The notes: generated from the sequence alone by a model not told the origin. Numbered from the stretch's first letter, positions 29,601 to 40,497 are shown. The stretch is DNA of 64,000 nt from Candidatus Dadabacteria bacterium (GCA_963805855.1 CAWDVW010000006.1:260876-324875), one strand, 5' to 3'. A program made the numbers and translations.

Positions 29601-30977
29601 TTAACATAATTTATCGTCAGGCTCACCGTTAGTAGGTAGTTCAGTATCATGTGGCTGATCCCAGTCCATGCCATCATAAGCAGACCTGACCAAGGAGCGG
29701 GAAACCCGGAACTTACCGCTCGGTTCGATTCGGATCTCAGGCACTAAAAGGATCCGAAACTCTACTCCCTGTCCTAGTACAGAGATTACAGACTCCTCAA
29801 GTTGTGCAATTTCCTGAATTGTGGGAGTCCTATGGGGCACTATTCGCAAGACTACGCGATCTTCGCTTTCTTGAGTCAACTGATATTGGCGGATCCAAGG
29901 GGCATCATAAAATAATAAAGAAATCTCATAAGGATGTATCATACGTCCTCCGGGAAGTTGAAAGTAATCAAGCATGCGGCCCTGTATTGCCCTTATGGTC
30001 GAAAACGGCTGTCCACATCGACATGTTTCAAATCCTTTCGTGACAATGTCACCGAGTCGGTATCGGATGAATGGCATTGCAAATGAGTGTAAGTTAGTTC
30101 CCACGACCTCGCCCCGCTCACCTATAGCTGCAGGGCGCCCGTCCTTAACAATCTCGACGATTACACTATCATCACAGGTATGAAGGTCGCCTGTCTTTAT
30201 GCATTCCCAAGCGATCAAACTGAATTCGTGGCTGCCATAAGTGTCAAATACCGGGACTTTGAAAGCCTCTGTAATTTGACGTCGCATCGGAGGAGTAAGT
30301 ACCTCGCCGTTCACTCTTACAGACCGGGGCCGGACTAGCCGCCTATCCTCATCGTCTAAAGTTTGAGCCACACGTGAAAGCACTCCCGGGGATCCAGTCA
30401 AAATGTCGGGACGGTAATGCCGCAATGCGCTAAGAATTTTCTCGGGGGGCAAAAGGCGATTAATCCGAACTCTGCGATACAAATGTATAGCTTGTAGGAT
30501 TTGCGTAATAATTCGGTTGTCGTTTGGGTCCAACGGTCTAACAAGGCCAATGCTGGCGACCCTATCTGTGGATCTTTGTCCATGATAAGACATGGCACGC
30601 AGTCGAAACAGGAAAAGGATACGCCGCTCAAGCCAGCTGTGTCTAATTGTGAACGGTTCGCCTGAGGAACCACTGGTCCTGTGGGCAATAAGGTTTTTTG
30701 GATTTAGACCCTGTGCCACCACATCTTCAGGCGGCAACGATTGCAAATCCTTCTTGGAGGTGACTGGTATTATAGAGAGATCTGCCACACTCTGGATGTC
30801 TTTTGGCTTAATACGGTTCTGATCAAACAACCTGCGGTAATAGGGAACATTCTCATAAGCATGATTAATGACTCGACGCAACTGCCTGTTCTGGAAACAA
30901 ACGATCTTATCCCGTCCCAGTTTGGGGAGAAGTAGAAGTGGGTAAAATACGGAGAATCGGCTTAAAAGATCGTTCAT
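29601..30977 (-). CDS. Phenylacetate-CoA ligase / coenzyme F390 synthetase-like (CapK-like) adenylating enzyme, copy A
   Basis: HAYENVPYY, TSGSSGEP, DTYGSHE, MPFIRYRLGD, GRMLD, SGKFR. Confidence 0.9.
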   Translation of the reverse strand: MNDLLSRFSVFYPLLLLPKLGRDKIVCFQNRQLRRVINHAYENVPYYRRLFDQNRIKPKDIQSVADLSIIPVTSKKDLQSLPPEDVVAQGLNPKNLIAHRTSGSSGEPFTIRHSWLERRILFLFRLRAMSYHGQRSTDRVASIGLVRPLDPNDNRIITQILQAIHLYRRVRINRLLPPEKILSALRHYRPDILTGSPGVLSRVAQTLDDEDRRLVRPRSVRVNGEVLTPPMRRQITEAFKVPVFDTYGSHEFSLIAWECIKTGDLHTCDDSVIVEIVKDGRPAAIGERGEVVGTNLHSFAMPFIRYRLGDIVTKGFETCRCGQPFSTIRAIQGRMLDYFQLPGGRMIHPYEISLLFYDAPWIRQYQLTQESEDRVVLRIVPHRTPTIQEIAQLEESVISVLGQGVEFRILLVPEIRIEPSGKFRVSRSLVRSAYDGMDWDQPHDTELPTNGEPDDKLC

Positions 30978-31011
30978 TGACTCCCTAATTTATAAACTTA
31001 ACTTGCACCAA

Positions 31012-32402
31012 TCAACCTATTTTATCGCCATGCCTAACAGCAGCGTGTAGTCTGTCACTCTGAGGTTGATCCCAATCAATTCCGTCATAATCAGACTTTA
31101 CATAGGATCGAGCAAGCCGGAACTTGCCATCAGGTTCGAGGTTGATTTCAGGCAGAAGCTTTATACAAAATTCCACATCCTGCCCCACTTTGGTATATAC
31201 CACCTGTTTAAGTCGGTCGATTTGCTGTGTTGTGGGAGTTGTGAACGGAACTACATGCAAGGTGATACGATCCTCCTGTTCTTGAATCAATTGATATTTA
31301 CGAATCCACGATGCTTCGTCGTATATGATCAACACAAATTCATAGGGGTGTATCATACGCCCCCCAGGGAGTGGAAAGTAGTCCATCATGCGACCCTGGA
31401 TTGCCTTTATAGTTGAGAATGGCTGACCGCATTTACAGGTCTCTGATCCCTTTGTAACTATGTCACCGAGACGGTATCGGATGAACGGCATAGCAAATGA
31501 ATGAAGGTTTGTTCCCACCACCTCGCCCCGTTCTCCTTGTGCTACAGGCCGACCATTCTTTAGGACCTCGACGACGATGTTGTCGTCGCAAGTGTGTAAC
31601 TCACCCGTTTCTTTGCATTCCCACCCAATAGCTCCGAATTCGCGACAGGCGTAGTAGTCGAACACCGGAACACAAAAAGCTTGGGTAATCTCGCGTTTCA
31701 TCAAGGGAGTAGCTACCTGCCCATTAACTCTGACAAAGCGGGGAAAATTTCTAGATGATCCTTATTGTTATTGTTGACGGCCTGGGCCACTTCTGAGAGT
31801 ATCCCTGCGTGTCCTGTCAGAATATTGGGACGGAAATCCTGCAATGTGCGGACAATATCCTTTGGGGACATTAGCGAATCAATTCGCTTATAATGATACA
31901 GACCAAGTGTCTGAAGGATACGCATGGGAAATTGGATGTTGCGTGGGTGTATGGGATGAATAAGGCCAACGCTTGCTACCTTGTCCGTGGGTCTTTGCCC
32001 AAAGTAACGCATGCTGCGCAGCCGAATTAGACTGAGGAAACGCTCCTCAAGCCAAGTTCGTCGAATCTTGAAGGGTTCGCCGCTAGAACCGCTCGTCCTG
32101 AGGACAATGAGGTGTTCGGGATTTACACCCCTCGCCACCATATCGTCAGCAGGCAATGATTGCAAATCCTTCTTGGTGGTAACTGGTATCATACTGAGGT
32201 CTGCCACACTCTGGATGTCTTTTGGCTTAATACGGTTCTGATCAAACAGCCTGTGGTAGTAAGGGACATTCTGGTAAGCGTGCGAGATAAGACGACGCAA
32301 CTGCTTGTTTTGAAATGCTACGATCTCGTCTCGCGATACATTAGGATGACGAAGAAGAGAAGGTATCACAGAGAGTTGGTTTAAGACAGTGTTAATTGGC
32401 AT
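31012..32402 (-). pseudogene. PaaK/F390-synthetase-like ligase, copy B, split by a 1-bp frameshift near 31741
   Basis: ORFs 31713-32402 and 31012-31704 join through RFVRVNGQVATPL in the alternate frame and are colinear with copy A. Confidence 0.87.
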
Positions 32403-32652
32403 GACTCGCTTATAGATATTGTACCAGAATTCATCCTATTCCCTGACGATAGATTGTCACAAAATCCAAATTCAGGTTGAACAAAAGGGAAACGATTTCA
32501 GTTTGGAGCTTTAGTCACCGCGTGACTCAGTTGGACTTTACCATTTTCCAATAACACGTACAAAGAGTGTTTTTGAAAAATCAATCATGTGTTGTACCTA
32601 AATAGATCCTATCAGCTGTGCGTTGTATTCAGACATGGCGAAGCAAACTGGA

Positions 32653-34251
32653 CTAATCTTGCCGGGCAAATACGCCCAGAGCCTTGGCCACTTTCGTCTC
32701 AATCGGAAAGCGCGCATCCATATTACTTACGCGGTACCTTGCCAATGGTCGATAAAGCTTTGCTAATCCAACAACTATCGGACTAGTTTTCTTATAAGGA
32801 TTGACGAAATGCCCATCTCCCAAGAAAATCAAGGGGAAATCCAATCCCTCTACCAGCTTCCTCGTCTCCGGTGGGACCCAGGGAGCATCACTGGCTACGC
32901 GTCGAAAGTTAAAGCGTGCCCAGTCTTCTAATCTTTCAGGTTTCCTGAGTCCGTGCTGAAGCGCAACATGATAAAGCTCCGTACCCGGGTAGGGAGTGTA
33001 AATGTTGAAACTCTTGACGGCCTTTGGATTTTCTTCAACGAGTCGCTCTGCCAAACGTATACTCTGGGCAAACTCGTCAGGGGTTTCTGTGGGCAGTCCC
33101 ATCATGAATAGATAAAGCGGGACAATGGGATAGGGAATCAACTTCCGGCCGGCCTCTATCACCTGTTCGAGTTTGATATCTTTCTTGATCAAGTCTAAGA
33201 TTCTCTGGCTACCTGATTCAATCCCAATGGTTAGGCGCCTGACGCCAGCTCTAACCATCAGTTTGAGAAAGGCGTCATCCATTCTACAAATGGTATCCGC
33301 ACGAATTTGAAGTTTTCCAATGCTGATTTTGAGGTCAGCACGAACTATTTCCTCTAAAATTCCGTATGCCCGTTTCATATCAATGAAAAAATGATCGTCC
33401 GAGAAGTTAAAACCTCGAATACCATAATCTTGGATTATTCGCTTCAACTGGTCTACCACGGTTTTCGGTTGCATCGCTCTCCACTTTCTCTTGTGCAAAA
33501 CGGGATCCCAGCAAAAGCTACATCGGAAAGTGCAGCCTCGGCTTGAATTGAAGCTGAAGTGGTCAACTCCAAAGAGTTTCCTCCGATAGTGGCTCATGTC
33601 GACTAGACGGTAGGAAAGAGGTGGTTGCTCGTCTAGATTTACAAAAGGGCGTTCGCCAGTCCAGCGTATTTTATAATTGCCATTGGTACTCACTGTTACA
33701 GGTTCATTTTTCTCATGCGTTCCCAGAACGGACAAACCTAAAGGATCATCAGGCCTGATAGTTTGGGTAGCCTCTGATTTGCCATTTTTACCACTGTTGT
33801 ATTCTTTATAGCATATGCCTTTCACAGTGCTAAGAGGTGTGCCTGACTCCAGGGCTTTCACCAATTCTTCAAAAGTGACTTCGCCCTCACCCACAACCAC
33901 AATATCAACTAGGGGATTCTCCAGCGTTTGTTGGGGTAACAGACTGGCATGAATACCGCCCCAGACGATGGGAACATTTGGATGCCATTTCCTAAAAACC
34001 TTGCAGGCCTCTAAAGCGCGCAGGATCTGCGGCCCTGTCATGCAGGTAACCCCGAAACATATCGGTCTTTCTTCAAGGGCTTCCACGAATTCCCTTTTCC
34101 AATGGGGATCTGCAAATTGATCGATGATCCTGATGCGATATCCCTGGAGGTCGAGTGGCGTAGCAGTACTCAGGAGGCTTAAAGGAACTTCAATGCGTCG
34201 CTGTGCCTGCCACCCACTACGGGGTGCAGGATTAAATAACACTATATACAT
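32653..34251 (-). CDS. Cobalamin-binding radical SAM enzyme (class B methyltransferase-like)
   Basis: N-term B12-binding domain (PLSLL, VWGGIHAS, VGEGE); SRGCTFRCSFC; GIESGSQRIL; PYPGT. Confidence 0.93.
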   Translation of the reverse strand: MYIVLFNPAPRSGWQAQRRIEVPLSLLSTATPLDLQGYRIRIIDQFADPHWKREFVEALEERPICFGVTCMTGPQILRALEACKVFRKWHPNVPIVWGGIHASLLPQQTLENPLVDIVVVGEGEVTFEELVKALESGTPLSTVKGICYKEYNSGKNGKSEATQTIRPDDPLGLSVLGTHEKNEPVTVSTNGNYKIRWTGERPFVNLDEQPPLSYRLVDMSHYRRKLFGVDHFSFNSSRGCTFRCSFCWDPVLHKRKWRAMQPKTVVDQLKRIIQDYGIRGFNFSDDHFFIDMKRAYGILEEIVRADLKISIGKLQIRADTICRMDDAFLKLMVRAGVRRLTIGIESGSQRILDLIKKDIKLEQVIEAGRKLIPYPIVPLYLFMMGLPTETPDEFAQSIRLAERLVEENPKAVKSFNIYTPYPGTELYHVALQHGLRKPERLEDWARFNFRRVASDAPWVPPETRKLVEGLDFPLIFLGDGHFVNPYKKTSPIVVGLAKLYRPLARYRVSNMDARFPIETKVAKALGVFARQD

Positions 34252-34341
34252 TAATAAGCTCCATCAGACCTTAAATTTCCTACCATGACCAAAGACGAAG
34301 TTGTGTGAAATTCCCAATTGATTTGGGTTTTAGAAACACAA

Positions 34342-35304
34342 TCACATTTTAGTATATTTTCTGACCGAGTCAACAAGGCTTGGATCAAAAGCCTCAAACA
34401 ACCCAGGATCTTTCAAGTGACTTGGCGACTTATGACTAAAGATATATTCACCGACGATCGGTGCTAACTTGTACGTGGCAACACCGCTTTCTCGCTCAAT
34501 AGTCTTGGACAACTGTCTTAAGTTTTCCAAATTTACTCGGGCATCAAAGCCTTTTATATACAGATTTAAAGCAACCTGTTCCAATGAAGCGTTTCCAGCC
34601 CTATCTCCTAACCCGTTTACAGTTACGTCTAACCCATCTGCACCCGCATAAACAGCAGCCAAAGAATTTGCAGTCGCTAAACCAAGATCATTATGCCCGT
34701 GGAAAAATAGAGTATTATCAATATCCTGTTTTAATCTTTTAATTAAATCATAAACCGCAAAGGGATCCGAGCTGCCATTCGTATCATAAACAGTTATTCT
34801 TTTGGCTCCCTTGTTGCTGCTTTCTATGGCTATCTCCATCAGGAATTCAATTTCTATTTGAGTGGAATGTGGAAAACCTACACCTATATCTGGATGAATG
34901 GATGAGGAATAAGTCAGCACATCTACGAGAAGTTTTATCTTGGAATTTTTATCATGTGGTTTCCTTTTCGGAGATACTGGCATTAATATATCGAATCTAT
35001 CCAGGTGCTTAGATGCTTCTATAACTTCTTCTTCAAACACTTTACTATAAGAATATATCAAACCCGAGGTTCTTAATTTTAATCTCTCCTGTTTAAGTGT
35101 TTTTACAAATTCAATATCTTTAAGAACTCTACTGGGGGCCACAACCTCGATTTCAGGCACTTTTGCCTCATCAAGCAGTTTTGCTATCTTTAATTTTTGC
35201 TCTAGCGAAAAACTTACATTTGGGACGTCCAATCCCTCTCTTAAAGTAGAGTCTTTGATAATGATTTTTTTGAATGATTGACCCTGCAAATTAAAACCTC
35301 TCAT
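34342..35304 (-). CDS. DRE-TIM metallolyase (homocitrate/isopropylmalate/citramalate synthase-like) lacking a regulatory domain
   Basis: DSTLREG, DTNG, HGHNDLGLATANSLAA, NGLGDRAGNASLE. Confidence 0.9.
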   Translation of the reverse strand: MRGFNLQGQSFKKIIIKDSTLREGLDVPNVSFSLEQKLKIAKLLDEAKVPEIEVVAPSRVLKDIEFVKTLKQERLKLRTSGLIYSYSKVFEEEVIEASKHLDRFDILMPVSPKRKPHDKNSKIKLLVDVLTYSSSIHPDIGVGFPHSTQIEIEFLMEIAIESSNKGAKRITVYDTNGSSDPFAVYDLIKRLKQDIDNTLFFHGHNDLGLATANSLAAVYAGADGLDVTVNGLGDRAGNASLEQVALNLYIKGFDARVNLENLRQLSKTIERESGVATYKLAPIVGEYIFSHKSPSHLKDPGLFEAFDPSLVDSVRKYTKM

Positions 35305-35834
35305 GATGAATCAAATCCGTCAAAGGTCTGAGTTCTTTTGGTTTAGGTTTTTCCTCTGGATAGCCCATAGGAATAATCGAGATAGGGTCAACATTTGAGG
35401 GGATACCTAGGATTTGTCTGATTTCATTCGATATCCCGGGTTCATTTGCACTATATGCTGAAAGGTAAACACTTCGCTAATCCCCTGCTGTGTGCCCCAA
35501 ATAATATAATCGAACTGGCCAATATGCCATTTTCAATCTCTCGATCATAGGATTTTTCCTTATCAACACACACTACGATTATCAAGGCGGCATCCGTCAT
35601 AAAGTCTGCTTTATACATTCTTTTTTCTTCTGGACAATATCTATTCTTTATTGCGGCTAATTGTTTCTTGGTGCTTTCCTTTTTAATAACTATAAAGTGC
35701 CAGGGTTGACCGTTCATAGAAGACGGAGCGTAACGAGCTAGTTCTAATAATTCTTCGATTACCGAATTGGGGATATCCCTTTTATGATATTTTCTAATAG
35801 ACCTCCGTTCCTTGATGGCTTTTTCCAATTCCAT
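35291..35834 (-). pseudogene. Nitroreductase family flavoprotein with a +1 frameshift near 35473
   Basis: RRSIRKY, APSSMNGQPW; continues SVYLSAY...ILGIP...IIPMGYP...HHERF* in the shifted frame. Confidence 0.85.
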
Positions 35835-36169
35835 TAGTTGCTACGAGCAATTAAATATGATTTTCTGGATAAATTACTTGACGATAATGAGCTCAATTTA
35901 ATAAGTCGAAGGATATCATCACCCTGTTTAAATGCAAATTTGACTGGGCTGAACCCCAGATTCTGCAAGGCCTGCTTCCCAAAGGGCAACTTTCTTAATC
36001 CCCGCGGTTAGAACCGCGTGCGATACAACAGATATAAGATATATTAGTAATAGGTACAAAAAAGTAAATATGGCACCAAAGCATCTTTTTGCATTTCATA
36101 CGGTGAATCAAAAAATGTAGATTTTATTATTAAATAGTAATTTCTCAATTGCTCAATGTCGCTATATTA

Positions 36170-36352
36170 TCAACGACAAGGTGGTGCTTCATCACGGAAG
36201 TCTTTGATCATATGAAAGGTTTTTAGCAGTTTATCTTCTCTTCTACCGGCCAAAGTTACTTTTGCTCCTTCTCTGGCAAAAAGAAGGGTAGTGGCCTTGC
36301 CTATTCCTGTTCCCCCACGGGAGACAATTGCAATCTTGCCTTTCAATTCCAT
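36170..36352 (-). pseudogene. N-terminal fragment of a short-chain dehydrogenase/reductase
   Basis: LKGKIAIVSRGGTGIGKATTLLFAREGAKV; ends after 60 aa. Confidence 0.75.
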
Positions 36353-36442
36353 ATCGTTACACTCTAAGAGACTTTCAGAGTAGTTAGAAATATAATTAGA
36401 GATTTAGGCTTTCTCCGATCCTACGTAATTACGGGGTAAAAA

Positions 36443-38269
36443 TTGCTTTTAATGATTGTTATTGCGGTTATTGCGGGAGTTGTATCACAAATCCTTTCTG
36501 TAATCATAGGATTACCCAGCATAGTCATGCTTTTTATAGTGGGAATCTTTTTGGGCCCGGAAGTATTGGGTTTTCTGGATCCTGAGGTATTTGGGACGGG
36601 TTTTGAAACAATTATAAGACTGTGCGTTGCCATAATACTTTTTGAGGCTGGTCTGAACCTTGATAAATCAGAGATAAAAAAACACCAGAAAATAATATTG
36701 CCTTTGATTACATACGGTGCATTGATCACAATGGTATTCGGGGCTATATTCGCCATCATTATAACTGACTTACCTTGGTCCCTGGCGTTTCTTTTTGGCT
36801 CTTTAGTCATTGTGACTGGTCCGACGGTGATTCATCCCCTGTTGAGAAGAATAAAGGTGGAGTCAAGGTTGAAGAACATCCTGGAGACCGAGGGTGTAAT
36901 CATCGATCCTATAGGTGCTATAATAGCAATTTTTGTTTTTGAGCTGATATTGGAGGAATCTCACTCACTCTTGTTTAATGTGTTTCTTGTGTTTTGGAGA
37001 CTTGGGATGGGGATTGTAATCGGCGTTGTTGGAGGTTACGTAATAGGGAAGATCGTAATGAAATTCTCTCTTATTATGGAGGACTTTGTAGATCTATTTG
37101 TCTTAGCCTCTGCGCTGGGAATTTATGCATTGTCTGAAGCCGTAATACCCGAGTCAGGTTTGATGGCGGCCGTAGCTTCCGGGGCAATCCTGGGTAATAT
37201 GGACATTCCGGAAGAAGAACCCCTTAAAAAATTCAAGGGAAAGCTTTCAATACTAGTTATATCAGTATTATTTGTCTTGTTGGCTGCAAACTTAGAAATT
37301 CGGCATGTTATCTCCTTAGGTTGGAGGGGGGTCATTGTAGTTCTAGCAATACTAATGATTGTGCGGCCACTGCAGATATTCTTAACAACCCTCGGATCGG
37401 ATCTCCGTTTCAACGAAAAAGTGTTTCTATCGTGTATAAGTCCGAGAGGAATAATCGCGGCATCTGTGGCGTCTATTTTTGCCTTACAGCTAACTAAAAA
37501 GGGGATTCAGGGGGGAGACCTGGTCCAGGGACTGGTTTTCTTGACGATCGGTATTTCAGTAGTTCTACAGGGGACAACTGCTAATACGGTTGCAAAACTT
37601 CTGGGTGTCCTTGTTCGAAGTCAAAAAGCAGTGATAGTAGGGGCTAATGCTTTCGGTAGGGTTGTTGGCAAGCTGCTAAAGATGAACGGGAAAGAAGTCG
37701 GATTTGTTGATACTAATGAATACCTTGTGAGATTGGCAACTCAAGAAGGATTTGAAGCTATTGAAGGTAATAGCCTTGACTTGGATGTTTTGGAGAAAAT
37801 AGGATTGGGCGATGCAGACACAACTCTTGCGGTTACCACCAGCAACAAGGTGAACATATTTGTCAGTAGGCTTTCCAAAATAGATTTCGGCATAAAGAAT
37901 TCAATCCCGGTTTTGAATAAGATGAGAGGGGACCTTGATAAAACGACTGCAGAAAAGTTAGGTTTAGATATTGCCTTCGGTAGAGCCCTGAGCATGTATG
38001 ATGTTAATCCGAAGATAGCAAAGGGGGAATATAGGATTTTGGAGTGTATATTGGTAGATTCAACGAATGTAAAAACGGTTGAAGATTTATCCCTGCCAGG
38101 TGAGTTTATTCCTATTTTGGTAGTCGGCTCAAAATCTAAAATGCCAATGATTTGCAAGAGTAGTCTCGCCATGGGAGAGGGTGATAAAATTGTCATTATG
38201 GACCTAAGTAATGGTTCGAAAAAGCTAGATAGCGTTTTTCTTAAAGACTGTTCTCAATTGAAGTTATAG
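36443..38269 (+). CDS. Cation:proton antiporter (CPA1/NhaP-type) with TrkA-N domain
   Basis: IILFEAGL, VTGPTVI, EGVIIDP, PRGIIAAS; C-term IVGANAFG. Confidence 0.9.
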   Translation: MLLMIVIAVIAGVVSQILSVIIGLPSIVMLFIVGIFLGPEVLGFLDPEVFGTGFETIIRLCVAIILFEAGLNLDKSEIKKHQKIILPLITYGALITMVFGAIFAIIITDLPWSLAFLFGSLVIVTGPTVIHPLLRRIKVESRLKNILETEGVIIDPIGAIIAIFVFELILEESHSLLFNVFLVFWRLGMGIVIGVVGGYVIGKIVMKFSLIMEDFVDLFVLASALGIYALSEAVIPESGLMAAVASGAILGNMDIPEEEPLKKFKGKLSILVISVLFVLLAANLEIRHVISLGWRGVIVVLAILMIVRPLQIFLTTLGSDLRFNEKVFLSCISPRGIIAASVASIFALQLTKKGIQGGDLVQGLVFLTIGISVVLQGTTANTVAKLLGVLVRSQKAVIVGANAFGRVVGKLLKMNGKEVGFVDTNEYLVRLATQEGFEAIEGNSLDLDVLEKIGLGDADTTLAVTTSNKVNIFVSRLSKIDFGIKNSIPVLNKMRGDLDKTTAEKLGLDIAFGRALSMYDVNPKIAKGEYRILECILVDSTNVKTVEDLSLPGEFIPILVVGSKSKMPMICKSSLAMGEGDKIVIMDLSNGSKKLDSVFLKDCSQLKL

Positions 38270-38561
38270 ATGGGCATGATGTCTCTCCATTAGCATCTTC
38301 GACGGATAATCTGAAGATTCCTTGAGTGCTTTCGATTGGATAGATAGAATCTATTTTTTAGAAAATCACCTTGGATGAGTGTAGAGTGATTAAAATTGCG
38401 AGTTAAGAATCGAGTAATTAACCAATCGGGTTTGATTCTCCCTAGAAAAACTTTTGGCGGAAGTTGGAGATTGCTCAAACAGGGTTAAGTTAATATGTAG
38501 ACTAATCTATATTTGTTAAGGGAGTAAAAGAAGGGATATATTAAATAAATTAGGATGGGCT

Positions 38562-39458
38562 ATGGATTTTAATGTCAGTGACTACCTCTCTAGTAGAAAG
38601 GAGTTAGTCGATAAGAAATTATTGGAGTATCTGCTGAAATCCAAGAATGATTTGAGCAAACTTCATGAATCGATGCTTTACAGCGTCATGGCAGGCGGGA
38701 AGAGGCTGAGACCTGTACTCTGTATTGCATCCTGTGAGGTATTAGGGGGTGAGATAGAAAAAGCACTCCCTGTTGCTTGTGCAATTGAGATGATTCATAC
38801 ATATTCATTGATTCATGATGACCTGCCATCCATGGATGATGATCTGTTAAGGCGGGGTAAACCAACTAATCATAGCGTTTATGGAGAAGCCTTGGCTATC
38901 CTAGCAGGCGATGCCCTCCTCACAGATGCCTTTTATTTCATCGTTGACGAAGGCATTTCTTCGGGCCTGAAGCCCGCTCTACTCGTAAATGTTATCAAGG
39001 ACATCGCTAAGGCCTCGGGATCTCGTGGAATGGTTGGAGGGCAGGCTATTGATCTTTCACTTGAGGGTAGTAAAGAGGTTACCATAGAGATGAGCGAGAG
39101 GGTTCATTCACTGAAAACAGGCGCTTTAATCGAGGTGTCCGTAATGACGGGTGCGAGGATCGGCGGAGCCAATAGCAAAGAGCTTTATCAACTCAATTCC
39201 TATTCGAAGGCACTGGGGCTGGCCTTCCAGATCATGGATGATGTGCTTGACATCGAAGGCGGGGGTGAAATCGGTAAAAACAGAGGAGGAGATGCCAGAA
39301 AAAAGAAGGCAACATATCCAAGTCTAATTGGACTTGAGAATACAAAGCGGATGGCTGAACAGCTAACGAAAGATGCTGTCGGTGCATTAGAAACTTTTGG
39401 TAGTCAAGCAGCGCCACTCCGTGAAATAGCCAATTATTTGGGAGGGAGAACATATTAA
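38562..39458 (+). CDS. ispA: Farnesyl/geranylgeranyl diphosphate synthase
   Basis: GGKRLRP, HDDLPSMDDD.LRRG, KTGALI, FQIMDD. Confidence 0.93.
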   Translation: MDFNVSDYLSSRKELVDKKLLEYLLKSKNDLSKLHESMLYSVMAGGKRLRPVLCIASCEVLGGEIEKALPVACAIEMIHTYSLIHDDLPSMDDDLLRRGKPTNHSVYGEALAILAGDALLTDAFYFIVDEGISSGLKPALLVNVIKDIAKASGSRGMVGGQAIDLSLEGSKEVTIEMSERVHSLKTGALIEVSVMTGARIGGANSKELYQLNSYSKALGLAFQIMDDVLDIEGGGEIGKNRGGDARKKKATYPSLIGLENTKRMAEQLTKDAVGALETFGSQAAPLREIANYLGGRTY

Positions 39459-40191
39459 GGGGAAAGAAAGAATTGATCTATTATTGGTGAGAAGGGGATT
39501 GGTTCCCAGTAGAGCGCGGGCGCAATCCCTGCTGATGTCAGGCGTTGTATTTGTTGAAGGAACCAGGGTGGATAAAGCCGGAACACTTGTTGCGAAAGAT
39601 TCTGAGATAATTATCAAAGAAGATTCCCGAAGATATGTTGGACGAGGGGGTGTAAAGCTAGAAGCAGCACTGGACAGATTCAAAATCAACGTTAACGACA
39701 GAGTTGCTCTAGATATCGGTGCGTCCACAGGTGGTTTTACAGACTGCCTTCTTCAATTTGGAGCAAGAAAGGTATACGCTATCGATGTTGGCCATGGTCA
39801 AATCGATTGGGGTCTCAGGCAGGATAAAAGGGTTGTTGTCATGGAGAAGGTAAACGCCAGGTATTTAAAACCAGAAGACATAGGTGAGTTGGTTGATATT
39901 TCTACGATTGATGTATCCTTCATTTCACTCACATTGATAATCCCTCGGGTGAAGAATTTACTTAAACCGAAAGGAATACTGATCGCCCTGATAAAACCGC
40001 AATTCGAGGTTGGTAAGGGTGAGGTGGGAAAGAAGGGTGTAGTACGGGATGAATCTAAATACGCTGTCGTAATAGAGAAGATTACTTCATTCTTAGAGGG
40101 AGAATACTTTGATATTATCGGAGTTATGCCTTCACCCATCCTAGGTGCAGAAGGGAATAAAGAATTTCTTGTTGCGGGAGTCAAAAATTGA
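39454..40191 (+). CDS. tlyA: TlyA family rRNA (cytidine-2'-O)-methyltransferase; probable ATT start
   Basis: KERIDLLLV lies upstream of the ORF-track start (39484); YVGRGGVKL, DIGASTGGFTD, DVSFISL, LIKPQFE, GNKEF. Confidence 0.92.
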   Translation: MKGKERIDLLLVRRGLVPSRARAQSLLMSGVVFVEGTRVDKAGTLVAKDSEIIIKEDSRRYVGRGGVKLEAALDRFKINVNDRVALDIGASTGGFTDCLLQFGARKVYAIDVGHGQIDWGLRQDKRVVVMEKVNARYLKPEDIGELVDISTIDVSFISLTLIIPRVKNLLKPKGILIALIKPQFEVGKGEVGKKGVVRDESKYAVVIEKITSFLEGEYFDIIGVMPSPILGAEGNKEFLVAGVKN

Positions 40192-40308
40192 GTTGGGCCT
40201 CGATTTAACGTGATAACTACCTGATGACACCCGGTGTAAGCGTACTGCTGTCATTTGCTCTTCAGAAGTACTCAGGATAAGCTGGGAAGTTGAACTACTC
40301 TCAGGGTC

Positions 40309-40384
40309 TGTCATTCCCAAACGCAGTTATTGGGAATCCATAGACATCCAGCTGGATCCCCGACAAAAGTGCTCGGGGATGACA
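40309..40384. repeat. Double-hairpin palindromic element, GTCATTCCC...GGGAATCCA...TGGATCCCC...GGGGATGAC family
   Basis: Further copies at 26067-26143 and 52804-52879. Confidence 0.85.
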
Positions 40385-40423
40385 ACCGGAACGTCCTCAC
40401 AAATTAATCGAATCGCAAGCCTA

Positions 40424-40497
40424 TCGGGACAAGAATGTCCCGACTATCCGTAACAAATACTTTATCAATAAGGATAGGCGGGGTTTTCCAACCCCGC
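40424..40497. repeat. REP-like inverted doublet with GGATAG feet
   Basis: tcgggacaagaatgtcccgactatcc and ggataggcggggttttccaaccccgc. Confidence 0.7.
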
